A stretch of 56,751 bases of DNA, filler included, from Gonapodya sp. JEL0774 (Eukaryota): assembly GCA_027604505.1 (NCBI GenBank). It is 2 parts of 2 records of this genome, joined end to end, with 100 filler letters (N's around TTAATTAATTAA, not from the genome) between each part and the next. Parts side by side here need not be neighbours in the genome. Positions count along the whole stretch, not along the records: positions 1 to 28,378 come from JADIIX010000210.1; 1 more part is not named here. One strand, written 5' to 3'. The notes beneath the pieces were generated by a model. It saw only the letters and a list, made by a program, of their open reading frames with translations, made no database searches and was not told where the DNA came from. Position numbers and translations under genes: made by a program. Positions 13,097 through 25,099 of the stretch are shown piece after piece. Each line of letters opens with the position of its first letter. Position 1 is the first letter of the stretch.

Positions 13097-13284
13097 AACT
13101 CAAGCTTCGGAATCGCAGGCCCATCTCGGCATCACCGGGTTTTTTGAGCAAATGAAGCGGGCCCAGTAATGCTCCCGTCTGAATGATCAACCACCACTCC
13201 TCCGATTTGTGTCCCACAAGGCACTATTTTTTCCGATGAAAGATATTTTCATTTACATAGAAGGGCATTTTATACAGAAGAAAA

Positions 13285-14959
13285 TCATTTAATCGCCACA
13301 GGATTGAGTGGAGCACCAACGGCTCCAGTGACCGGCAACGGCGTCGCAGCAAGCACTTGACAAGGAGAGTGCAAGTTAGCAGGGAGTGACAGAAGGCCGT
13401 GCTCCGCTGGCATCTTGTACTCACTGAACTCGTACACGCCATCTTCGGCGCAGTCCTTGCCGATGTCTTCCAAGTTCCATACCTCGCCGACCAGCAACCC
13501 CATATTCTTTTGTGGGATCCAAAATGAGCAACATCGAGTATGAGACACGTCACAAAAGCCTACTCACGGGAATGCATACTTGGTGACAAGGCTGGTACGA
13601 TCCGGGGAATTCGTTTGGGCGAACTTCAAAACCTGAGATTTCAAACGGAGAACTACCATCGCTGTGAGGCAGAAAAAGCGGATCTAGAGCTGTCACGTAC
13701 CCCATGTATCTGTTGCGATGCCGGCGATTTCAGTGCGGTGGATCCAGTCGAGAGAGTCGAAGCTGAATGATTTCGATTCACGGAAGCCTGACTCAGATTT
13801 AACAAAAGGTACCCCATTGTATACTCTTTACCTTATTCCGGGAGCGTCTCCTCCAGCATATGTCCCCCATGACCCTCTTTTCTGGTACCGTTCCATTTGT
13901 CCGGTTCGGACCAGCACAAGGTCACCCTTGCGAACCTCCACATTTTGCTTCTTCAGGCATTCCAGAATGTGTTTCTCTTTGATCGCAAAACCATCCGGGA
14001 GTACTCCCGGAGCGCCTTCGGGTGTTGTTTTTCCGAGCATTCGGCCAATGTCCAGGAGTACCCCTCGAGACACAATGTCGTGTCGAAGGACTTCGATACC
14101 AGTGTAGTGGTCTCCAGATGGGGTCACGTGTTCGTGGCACGGGATGTTTCCATAGCCGACACCATGGGAGAACGTGTGTCCCTAGCAACGGGACAAGTAG
14201 TCGCGGTTCAAACACTGGAGCAAGACTGTTCATGTTTTCGCCCATGAGAAAGTATCGCTTACCAAGCCGTCCCACTGGGTTCCAGCTTGCAGGGGCATAG
14301 TAATATAGTCATCAGTGAAACCAATTCCGTGAGGTAATTTTGGTGCGTGCTACGCGGAATAGACGAAAAGATAAATTTGGCCATTGATTAGAAAGGACCA
14401 GTATGTGTTCTGGGGAAGACTCTTATGCACCGAGCCTGTGTAGTCCGATCCGGTGAGAGTGAACAGGTGCAGTGGGTTATTGCGTTTCAGCCTGAAAACG
14501 TTTCCCAGTGAGTTTCGGGAAATGAGTGGCCAAATGGAGATATGCCGAGTAGGAGATCGTGAAATGACTCACTCTCCCGTTTGAGGACCAAACTCGTTCA
14601 ACTGGAGACAGCATGAAATAGCCTTTCCTGTTTTAACGCATTTCGTTGCCTCTATGCGCTTCTCGGGCGTAATGTAGTTGGCGGTTCCCTTTCGGTCGTC
14701 CTGCGAAAAGAATGTGATCAATGTAACCGCGAGATCACAGTTATTGGCTTCACGGCCTAGTTCACCTTGCCAAACTTGTCCCAGTTCCGATACTTGGCGA
14801 TGGCAGCGTTAATGGAAGAGACCTATAAGTGGAAAAAGTGAGGGGATCAATGATTGCGATTCGGCGAACCAGGCGCTGCAGGATGTTGAAACTCACTGCA
14901 TCTGTCGAAATGTGCTCTGGGGTGACCTTCCACTCGTCTTGCTCCTTTTGCTGCGACAT
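13285..14959 (-). CDS. Cyclase family metal-dependent hydrolase, copy 2 (tandem paralog)
   Basis: Same motifs and matching exon structure as copy 1 (TQWDGL, RGVLLDIGRMLGKTTPEG, PLPVTGAVGAPLNPVAIK). Confidence 0.88.
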
Positions 14960-15392
14960 CGTCATGCGTTTTCAAGCTTGTCTTGGCTTTGGAAGCTGAG
15001 GGTTTTGTGTCAGGCTCAATAATGTCGCCGCTTTGACTTGTTTTCCCGCCCCGTGTCGGCGCTGCGCCACCATTCTGTCCCACCGCCGCTATTGGACCGG
15101 GAAGTCTTCGAGCTTTATCATGTTATCATGTTATCATGCGCGAGCCTTCTGTCATCATGATATATCGACCACCAATGCCCATGTAATACTCGAAACTATA
15201 CCGTGGAAACCACAGCCCTTTTGTGTAGATGAACATAGCCACACACCACGATGAAAGTACTTAGGCGCAACTCTCGAGGACCTGATTCTGATACATTTAC
15301 AGTGGCGGCGGTGCTGTGGTCGCGCATGCGAAGCAAACACTGATCATCTCCTTGGATTTATGTGGGTGCTGACTCCGATCCACCCAGACACA

Positions 15393-16169
15393 ATGCCTGC
15401 AGAGATTGGTCGAGTTGCACTACCCGAAATGGCACCAGGAGGGATGGGAAAGATCCGGACAGTCAGTCGAATCGCTTTTGATAAGGTCTGGCTTGCTGAT
15501 TGATACCCAAGCGATATGGAATGATCCGGCCCCATGCGAATTGAGGTTTGCTTATAACTAGTACGACAAGGACGGGAATGGAAAAATGGACCTAACCGAA
15601 TTTAAATCCATGTGCTATGACCTAGGGTAAGTCTGAGTTGGGTTGTTCCCGAAACTGTTGATGAGATCGATTATCCTCTGTGACAAATGGGCTCAAACCA
15701 ACAGGTACTATCTGCAAGATGCAGAAGTTGACATGGCGGTAAAAATGATTGATGCAAGTGGTAACGGAGTGCTGGAATATGATGAGTGTGAGTCGGCGGA
15801 GCCACCTCAACTCCACAGCGTTGCCATTGCAGAAGTTCCAATGTCTACCGATTACCAGTCGTCAAATGGTGGTCTTCTGACGGGCGATTCAAACGACTGC
15901 ACCGCACTCCACTGGAAGAAGAGCGCTTGGCACAGGTCTCCTCCGAGTTCCAAAAGTTGGACGTAAAGAAACTAGGCTATATCGACACCCGCAACGCTTT
16001 CCCGCAAATGTACCAGTGGCTGAACCGTGAGGGTCTTACAAAGAAGCCACTCGAGCGATGTCAAGAGGAATTGGATGCGAATATGGACGGGAAGATAAGT
16101 TTCAATGAATACGTGAACTGGCTCGTCACAACAGGATCACTTGTCGGGGTCCAAACCGCAACGAACTGA
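15393..16169 (+). CDS. Calmodulin-like protein with four EF-hands
   Basis: Loops DKDGNGKMDLTE, DASGNGVLEYDE, degenerate DVKKLGYID and DANMDGKISFNE after splicing. Confidence 0.85.
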
Positions 16170-16267
16170 GTTGTAACAAGATAGGCGGTAACATATCATT
16201 CTCACTTCCAAAAAATTACATGATGGGGTACAATCCCGCAGTGTAGCCAGTGCGACCGATTTGCATT

Positions 16268-18595
16268 TCAATATCCTGCATAAGGCGGCGGCGGCCCCGC
16301 TCCACGAGGGAAAACCGGCGGAGCAGACGCTTGTGGCGCTCCACGTTGACGTATACGGCGGCGCCTGTTCACAAGAAGAGCGGTCAGGCTCATATTTGTA
16401 TTCGCGTTCTGTCCTCACCGAAGCCGGAGCAACGTACCTCCGCTCCTTCTCCTTCTCCTTTCTCACGCGCTCCACCTCGTCCCATCCAAGCTCCTCCAAC
16501 CCTGGACCCCATCCCATCTCATCCTCTTCCTTTCTGAACGCTTTTCCTTTCAGCTCGCCCGCAAATCGGGTTTCTTCGATTCCGAGGCGGGCGTTCACAA
16601 CCTGCTCCCGGATCGAATGCGCAATCATCGGTAAGAATTCTGCAGGGAGGGAGAGATCTCGACAGATAGTGTGAGAGATGTGCTCGGGGCTCAAAGTAGT
16701 AGCGCTGGGAAAGAGGGGGTACTCGAAACGATCCAGGAGATGCTGGTTTCCTACAGTGAGATCAATCTTGAAATGGGAAACGACCGTGTGTGATGAGACG
16801 ACCTCATGAGCGGGACCACCAACTAGAAAATGTGGTACCAACCGTTACAACGACCCGACTCTCATCGTCAACAGACTGCTTGTGAACATCAGCGGTCACC
16901 TCATTCACAAGCCTCACACCACCAGGCCGGGCGCTCGCATACTTTGCCTTGGTGCTATTTTCCCCTGTCTCCTCCACATTTGCAGCACTGCCGGGCTTTT
17001 GGGGAGGAACATGAGTTGCTGAAGGCTCCAACTGTGCAGGCGTTGATGTAGGCTCCAATGGTGCGGGAGTTCCGACAGACTGAGCAGGTGTGGATGGAAG
17101 TGGTGTACCCCCTTCCGATGCAACGCCCTCGAGGAAATGGGAAGAGGTCCCCGCTTCTGAAATGGCAGTGGTTCCAGGCGTTGAAATCGTCTCCGGCAAG
17201 GCAGAGTCCAAGTCCATGGACACTGAAATTGGGAGGAGTGGTGGTCGAGCAGCAAGCACAGGTTGGGGCGCAACGAGTTCAGGAGCTAGGGCTTGCGAGG
17301 TCACACTTTCTGTGCCGACGGGCACTGCAGACTGCGCGTGTTCCATACACTCGTCCACAGCATTGGTATCCAACTGCATTCGTCCGGTGTCGTCCTTATC
17401 CTCCTCTTGCTCGTCATTCTCTGCGTCGCCTGCTTCTTCGTTTTCATCCTCCCCGTCACCTTCCTCTTCTTCCTCCTCCTCCCTTTCCTTCTCTCGCTTC
17501 TCTCTTTCTCGCTCCAGTCTACGCAAGCGCTTCCGCTCCCGCTCTCTATCCCGTTTGCGTCTTGCCACATCGTCTTCATCCTCCGAGATGGCTTCTGGCT
17601 CAGGCGCAGGCTCGAAGAGCTCAAATAGTGCGGGGTCCGTTCCGGCTGGCAGAAGAAGTCCTAAGTGAATCAAAAACGAAATGTTGTTCCTTGACCGATC
17701 GCAATGTCCCACAACAACCGGACTCACCTCCATCTTCAGTCCACACTTTCTCACCCCAGCTCCCGACATCCCACCCTTCAGCAACCGCTCCCGCAGACTG
17801 GCTACATTGTCGGCGGATTTCCTGGGCCACTTCTACAATCAGTTGGTTGGCAATATTGTCTGGGAAACGGCCGTCTAGTGTAGCATTTGCACCAGTGTAA
17901 TGGAGATCTTCTAGGAGAACTCTCGCAAAGTGTTCCGGAGTTAGTAACCGTTCTAGAAGTAAATTCAGTGACGAGTGCGAGGAAACCGGAGAGGTATTGG
18001 GGAACGTGGCACATTTAAACCGTGAATTGAGGGACGTTTTAACAGTGACTTGAGGGATTCCCCCCACCATTCAGATTCCAAAGAAACCAGTCAGACAACT
18101 TGACATTTCCGTTATCAGCCTCTACGTCAATGCGGATTGGCACCAGACGTGCTGGTTGCTGTGCTTCGCGCTGGAGAATGAGCTTCGAGCTACAATGGCG
18201 ACAAGATCACATTGGTCGAAAGAGAAGTGCCAAGATGAGACAGGCAGACGCAGACAGGTCTTCCCATCCACAACGACGTACAAGTATTTGTGCTTTGTCC
18301 TGTTTCTTCCCTGAAACCTGCGGTATCCAAAGTATCCACCAAAAGGCCTCTGTTGTTGCTCCAGAGCGCGGACTCTGTCCAGTTCAAGCTGGATCGCACG
18401 CTTGGAGAGACGTTTTCCTGGTTGAAGGGCTTGTAGGCGAGCCTGAATCTGGGCAGGAGACTCTGTCGGCGTTGGCGCTGGAGCAGGAGTTGCACTTGGT
18501 TCTGGATAGTCGTCGCGATTGCGGTAAGAAACGGTCGCAGTTTTAGGTGGCCGTCCACCGCGACGTCGAGTCGAGGAAGGAGGCGCGGAGAACAT
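16268..18595 (-). CDS. SFH1: SNF5/Sfh1-family chromatin remodelling subunit (RSC Sfh1-like)
   Basis: QPARLVPIRIDV, LTPEHFARVLLEDL, LLDRFEYPL, SPEHISHTICRDLSLPAEFLPMIAHSIREQ and WGPGLEEL..E.ER match the two SNF5 repeats. SFH1 versus SNF5 is not resolved with certainty. Confidence 0.8.
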
Positions 18596-18715
18596 GGTTG
18601 TGGAATGGTCTATATCACAAGTTGGGACAGGAGTGTTGAAGAGGATGGTCTGGCAGGGTGGACCGTGCATTACGTAACTCTCAAACCGGATGCCAAATAT
18701 TTTAAGTACATTTCA

Positions 18716-21383
18716 TCATTTTCCTTCGGTTCGACCTGATCGAAAACCATTGAGAGTGTGAATGAAATCACTCCTCCATTCCCGAGAAGCTGTCACTTCG
18801 CCTCTGACAGTCTTACGTGCCGAAGATCCTCCCTCGTTCCCGAACTGTCCTTCTTTGGTGTAGCCCGCTATACGCTTGAGAAACGACTCATGTTGAGACA
18901 AATAATAGAACAAGTTCCTCTTTCTGCATACGAATGTCGTGACACGCTGGAAATCCACAATGACTATTTGCAAGATCATCAGCAGCGTCCGTAAGGTCCA
19001 CCACACAATCTCAACGACAAACACCACATTGGCGGGGTGCCACTCAAGCTGTCGTTGAAGCCGAGAAGGTAGCTGTCCACGATTATCTCCTTTCACGCTA
19101 CTTTCGGCAACACTGGATAGCGAGTTGGCCATAGACTCTGTCTTATCGAGTAGTACGACCAAAACTGTTTGAGAGTCCCGCAGAACCCGAAAAACGGCTG
19201 CAGCAAGTTTTCCCGCACCGACAGGTATGCCTGTGCATTGTGACGCGAGGACGGGAGGAACACAAAGCAATAGCTTGCTTAACGGCCCCGAACTTGAATT
19301 TGCTGACACATAATCTCGAATAACATCACTCAGCGCAGGAAGCCACAAGAATGGTTCTTGGTCCAGAGTGGGAAGGTCCGAATGTTCCAATGAAAAAGCT
19401 CCAGTTCCCCATATTGCCGGCGACACAAGGGTCCAGCACTGTTCGAGTGTCCGCAGTGTCTGCATGCTGATATCCACCACCGCTGCCTCGGCGACAATAA
19501 CATCGTGAAAAAGTGGCCGATATTCTCGTATGGCAGTACGACAACAAACAATAAACGGCTCCTCCTGTGCTGCGATCTTCCCCACATATCCCCGAATAGC
19601 GAGTTCAACCAATACAGCCATGATCCAAAAACAAACAGTCGTGCAAACTCCCTCACAGTCACGTGTTGATGGCAAACCCACTCCCACGCTCCCATGAGAA
19701 AACCGATCCCGAACTCTCGGTCCACGCATGTAGTGGAACAAGTCCATCAAGAGAGCATGTAGACCGGTGCCGAGCCAGTGTGGGAGCCCATTCTGTTGTG
19801 TCACAGCTTCGGTCGCGTTTTGCTCCACGTTCGGCGTTATAACGCAAAACTCTTCCACCAGCATTGTGTCTAGCGTTGTGTAATACACCTCGCTATGAGC
19901 AGTCACAACCCTCTCCGCGGGTAGATTGTTGGCATGCACGTAAGCTCGCCGCAGCTCAGCCTCAAGTAGAGGTAGAGAGACCAAGAGGAAGATGAATCTT
20001 GCGTGAGCGTCCAATGATAGGAGTGGATAGACGTGAAGGAGATGGTCCCAAGCATGGTACGAAGATGGAGAGCAGAATGCTGACTGGCGGAACATATTCG
20101 CAAGAGTGCTCAAGGCTCCAATACCCGAAAATGAGTCAGGTGGGCGCGCAGAAGAAGTAAACCGGCCGAGGAGGGCCTCTGGAAGGGCTCTCCGCAAATC
20201 GTGATTGCAGTAGAAGCCGCAAAAATACGCAGAGTCTCGACATCGCAGCCTTCTCTCGCCGAAGTGTCCCCGTACACGACTCATGCTCGTGGCAAGTGCA
20301 ACTGTCACCACTTCTGCCCATACTCTGCACGATTCGGACTGAGAGAAGTCTCGTTCCAACGCGAAGCCGTGCCAAAACAAATTTCGGAGGTTCAGGGCGA
20401 GTGGAGTGCCAAGAAGAATGCGGAGAATCAGTACCTGGCGGTTAATTGAACGGTCAAGTCCGGGGAGGTGAGTGCATGCACTCCGAGAATATGAGACGAA
20501 AACTTACCAAATCCTCGCCCAAGACAGTGATAAGTTCGCTTTTGAGTAGCAAGTCGGCAAGCAAAAAAGGTACAGCAGCAGAGGCCGCCCGCTTCACCCT
20601 TTTCTCGTGATGCGGGGATATTCCTTTGGGAGCAGTATGGACAATAGGACCTTGAATGTCCTTTTCCAGATCCAGAGTAAACAACACATCACCAAGAAAT
20701 CGTTCAGTGAGAGAAGTCAGCGTCAAAAGAGCGAGATATGGTTTAGTGAAGGACGAATATTGTGGATGAGGAAAGGAGTCAGTTTCCACAGCTTTCTCAT
20801 CCAGAGGCGTCGGAGCAGGCTCCAGCAAATCATCATTGAGGAGATTCAATGCGAAAGAAAATGTCTTGAGAAAGGTATATGTGTGAATGCAAACACTTCA
20901 ACGATCACGAGCGGATACAAACTACCTTTCCATGAACATTTGGTAACCACTCCCGAATCGCTTCATACAGATTCCGCTCTGGTATGCCGTTGCTAATTGA
21001 CAACTCTGGCGATGAGCGCTCCAATCCCCGAAAATCATGGCTCACTGCCCGCGCCAGATCTCTGAGTTTGCAGCTCGAATCGTACAGGATTGAAGAGTCC
21101 GTCGAGTCGAAAGAAGCTAGAGAATCGGTAGAGAAACATGTGGTTCAATGATATTCGCCGATGTGCGATCGCGCGCCCTGTTGGAAATCGTACCAGAGTC
21201 TCTCAAATCGTTCAAAGTTGGGCATTCGCCCAGGCGAAGCAGTCCTGCATCGTCAAGTACGGGAATCTGTACGATTGGGTTCGACGAATTGGCAGCGGCA
21301 TTAGATATGAGTAGGAGAGATCGGACCCGGTCCGAAAGATTGGAGCGAACAACGTTCATTCTCCCCGCGTGCAGGTCATACAT
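18716..21383 (-). CDS. ERMARD: ERMARD/C6orf70-like (DUF4209) protein with two HEPN-type Rx4H motifs
   Basis: LLGTPLALNLRNLFWHGFA, LPLLEAELRRAYVHAN, TAHSEVYYTTLDTML and GPRVRDRFSHG match motifs I recall for this family. Confidence 0.82.
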
Positions 21384-21618
21384 GCGACGTCCACTCGACT
21401 GTATTACCGCACCGAGCCCGTCCAACTTGGCGAGTTATAACTGTCACAGTATCCTGCGACTTACTGTAATGGAGTTGGCAACTGCGTATGTATTAGATTC
21501 CTTCCTAGTTCTCAGTGGTACATGCATACAACAGTCCTGGTCTCCATCACACATCCGCTTCCAGTTCGGTGATAAATACAGGGAAAAATACATTATCCAC
21601 GAGTAAACGTCAACATCT

Positions 21619-22900
21619 CTAATGCACCCATCCAACCTCGTGTCCGTCCTCCATCTGTGGCTCGAGGAAACCGCGAAATGTCACCTCGAACTCATCTCCA
21701 TCATGGCCAAACTCGTCCATCTCTGCAGACCGCTTCTCAACGTACCACCGTGCGCCGTAGCCTTCCATGGTGCGGACCTCGAAGACTCGGATTTCGTGCT
21801 GTGTGACAGCGGGGGAGTGCGCCATTTCAAGTGAACAGAAATCTCTGAACGTCAAATACCAAACAGCGCTTACAGGCAACCTGTGAATATTAATCCATAC
21901 AGCTCCAGCAATAATTTTTGCCAAAACACGACACGCATGTTGGTTCTTTTCATCCACTGTTCCGGTGACATTGCCCCAGAATCCGGTAGTTTTGTCCCGG
22001 TGATGGTGCTTAGTAAGAGCTTTGGCGCCTACCGTAAGTCCACCAAACTTCGACTTGATGTCCTTCGGATGAACGGCAAGGAACGAGGACAAGCAAGTGT
22101 TGAGGGAGGGAGGCAAGGTGTCCAGTGCCGATCCCACGGTGAAGCGCACTCCAAGAAGATGTAGAAGGAGAGGAACTTTGAGCTGGAACAAAGACACATT
22201 GACATGATGAGAGAAACCTACACAGGACCTGAATATACGCACTGATTTAACATAGTCGGCAATTGTCTCAGGGGAGGAACTGTCCGTGCCACTTGAGATC
22301 AAAGACTTTAGCTCATCGAGCCTAAAATTATGAAAGAGATTCAGTTTGATCTTCTCGAACTTCGTCAGCAGAAGCTGTATGCTCACCGCTCGCGTTCATC
22401 CGGTAACTCTGAGAATGTGGAAGCGACGTTTGGAGGTCGCCGTGAAAGTTCGAACACATCACGAAAGGGGTATACACCCGTTTTCAGCCAGCAAGTGACA
22501 ACCTCTTTCGCGGCTTCAGCATACGGCATGGAAGGCACTCCTCTCGTAAATGAGGGCAGTGATGTGGCGCTTCCAACCGCTACCGACAGCGGAGGAGGCC
22601 GTTCGCTCGTGACAGCGACAAGAGTGTCATTAAAAACGCCTATGAGATGATGGTGGGCGGGACTAGAAACGCGAATCGCTGGCTCAGGCTCGAGGATGAA
22701 CTTGTGGTATTCTCCGACCGTGTAAGCCATTCTGGAGACACAGCCAGCCACCTAAGGACCTTGTTTCGGATACTCGGTGTTTTGGGTATCGATGGCAAGG
22801 GCGGCCAATTGGGCGAGTACCGGCATGAGTGATCACCATCTCGGTGACTGGCTTTTCCACAAAATAACCACTGCACTGCAACACGCGATAAGTATGCCCT
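21619..22900 (-). CDS. Uncharacterised protein with an 'LTVGAKALTKH...GYGARW...FRGFLEP' domain (like the C-terminal domain of plant ASCH-domain proteins)
   Basis: LTVGAKALTKHHHR, FWG..TG..EKN, WINIH.LP, VFEVRT.EGYGARW and FRGFLEPQMEDGHEVGWVH. Start codon uncertain. Confidence 0.75.
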
Positions 22901-22990
22901 GGCAACTCTCGTAGAAATCGTGCTGAATTTTCGCAAATATTATTATATCATCGCCTTCTATTGTCGAGTCTGATCACTCTTCAATAAACC

Positions 22991-24796
22991 ATGGACGATG
23001 CAAAGCGTCTGGCGAAAGAAAGCCACGTTTCCGGTCACAGTGGAGGTTCTCTTTTGGACATCGCGCTTGTTGTAGGATCGGCGTTGGCAAGTACTGTTTG
23101 CATGTTTCTCGGAAGCGAGACTGCGTGGCCATTGACAAGTGATATCTATTCGCTTACCAGAGCTGCTTCGCATGCAATCGAATGCTGGCTTCGTCGTCTG
23201 TGTATCCCTCCTCCTACCCCGTTCAATTCTGCCTGGAGTTCGCACTCCTTGTCATGCCGTGCATTATCGCTTGCACAGAAGCACGTTGGACGATACCGCT
23301 CACTGGAACCCTTCTGATTATGTCTTGGGTGGCGTTGGTAAACTTCCCAAAGAAGTTACAGTCACTCTCCCAAGATCAGAAGCACATGCTGCAGCAACTC
23401 AATTCGAGACAGAAGCCATTTATCGCGGCGTATCGCGCCTCCTTGACAATTCTAACTTGCATCAGCATTCTTGCGGTGGACTTTATGGTGTTCCCCAGAA
23501 AGTTTGCAAAGACCGAAACATATGGTGTGTCTCTGGTGAGCAATGTTGCCTGCTCCACCTGTCAGACTCGGCAGCTGGACATCGATCATGTTGTGATTAG
23601 TTCTGCGTTTCCTATAGATGGATCTGGGTGTCGGCTCCTTCGTATTTTCGTCCGGTCTTGTACAAGGCCCTAAAATGATGCAGCAAATGTCACCGTCTGA
23701 TGCTCTATTGAAGCGGTTTTTCTCAGGCATTCGCGCTGCCGCTCCGCCCCTCGTGCTGGGAATTGGGCGAATTCTGTTTACCAAATCTGTAAACTATCAG
23801 GTGACCCACAGGAACTGATACTCGTTTTCACATGTGTTCTTCGCTCTGAATTTTTACTCAAAAGGAACATGCATCGGAGTACGGTGTGCACTGGAATTTC
23901 TTTTTCACCCTTGGTTTACTACCGCCTGCACTTTCCCTTCTTCCCACCCGGCAATGCCTTTGGACGGGTCTCGCTCTAATCTGCAGTGAGTGTTTCCATT
24001 GTTTATCAGTCGCTAAATTTGAACGCTCTTGACGTACCTCCACAGTCCACCAGGTTGCTCTTCACCCCAGAACATTTTCTCTTGAACGATATGTTGTACA
24101 CGCCTCTCGAGACTTCTCCTCACTCGTCTCCTCGAACAAAGAAGGCATCATGTCCTTTCCAGGCTATCTCTCCATCTTTCTCATCTCCATGAGTGCTGGT
24201 GAAGCAATGGCTGCATCCCGTGTGAAACAATTGAACGAATGGCGAGCGTTTGGTCGGGTTTACTTGCCCGGCATGTGCTTGATAGCGTGGGCGGCATATT
24301 GGGTGTCCACCTTTGCACTCGAAATACCTGTCTCGCGTCGACTGGTAAGCGATGGAGCGTCTGCGTTCACAGTCATGCCAAGTACGCGATTAAAGATCTT
24401 CCATCATCTCAGGCGAATCTCCCTTACGTAGCTCTCACTGTTGCCTTCAATCTTTCAGTCCTCAGTGGGTTCCTCGCCCTGAACCTCACGCTCTCCGCGC
24501 CTCGGTCAGAATTAACAGCCACACCTCAACTTGTGAGCGTTGTGAGCAAAAATCAGCTGGCGGTGTTTCTCGTGGTACGAGTTCCTCTGTTCTTTGCTGA
24601 GGGCTTACTTTTCACAGTTGAAATGCCCAATTCTCCTAAGGCCAATGTTCTCACAGGCGCTGTGAACCTAACTGTGGACACACTCACCACATCGGATTAT
24701 GCCGCGATAGCCATTTTGTCTATCTATATGCTTCTTGTGTGCATTGTTGCCAAATTATGGGATGTGTTCCGTTCCGGACGTACACCAAATGTGTGA
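22991..24796 (+). CDS. GWT1: GPI inositol acyltransferase (GWT1/PIG-W)
   Basis: [89 protein letters not shown] and NQLAVFL.ANVLTG. Confidence 0.95.
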
Positions 24797-25099
24797 CAGT
24801 GCTTCTTGAAGGCTATCATCCATGTCAATTATCGAGCACTGCACATATATTATTGCACTACATAATCAATTGAAAAACTTGTACGCTTTAGTCCCTTTGT
24901 GTCCCCTTCTTGAAAACTTCCGCCAATTTAAGTGGGTATCAAAACTACTTGCACTGCACAACACAGTCTAATCGAGTCAAATAACACTAAATGTACCCCA
25001 TATTGCCTCCCAGTAAGAACAAAGTACATACACGCAGAAAATGGCGCTCCGAAATGGTATAACAAAGATGTCGCAACATCAAGTCCAGACGTGCTCCGT

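Noticed and set aside
17058..17900. Long plus-strand ORFs (280 aa, 192 aa)
   Set aside because: Antisense shadows of the low-complexity Sfh1 exon.
22900..22991. Functional link between GWT1 and its divergent neighbour
   Set aside because: Tight spacing is common in this compact genome and no shared pathway is evident.
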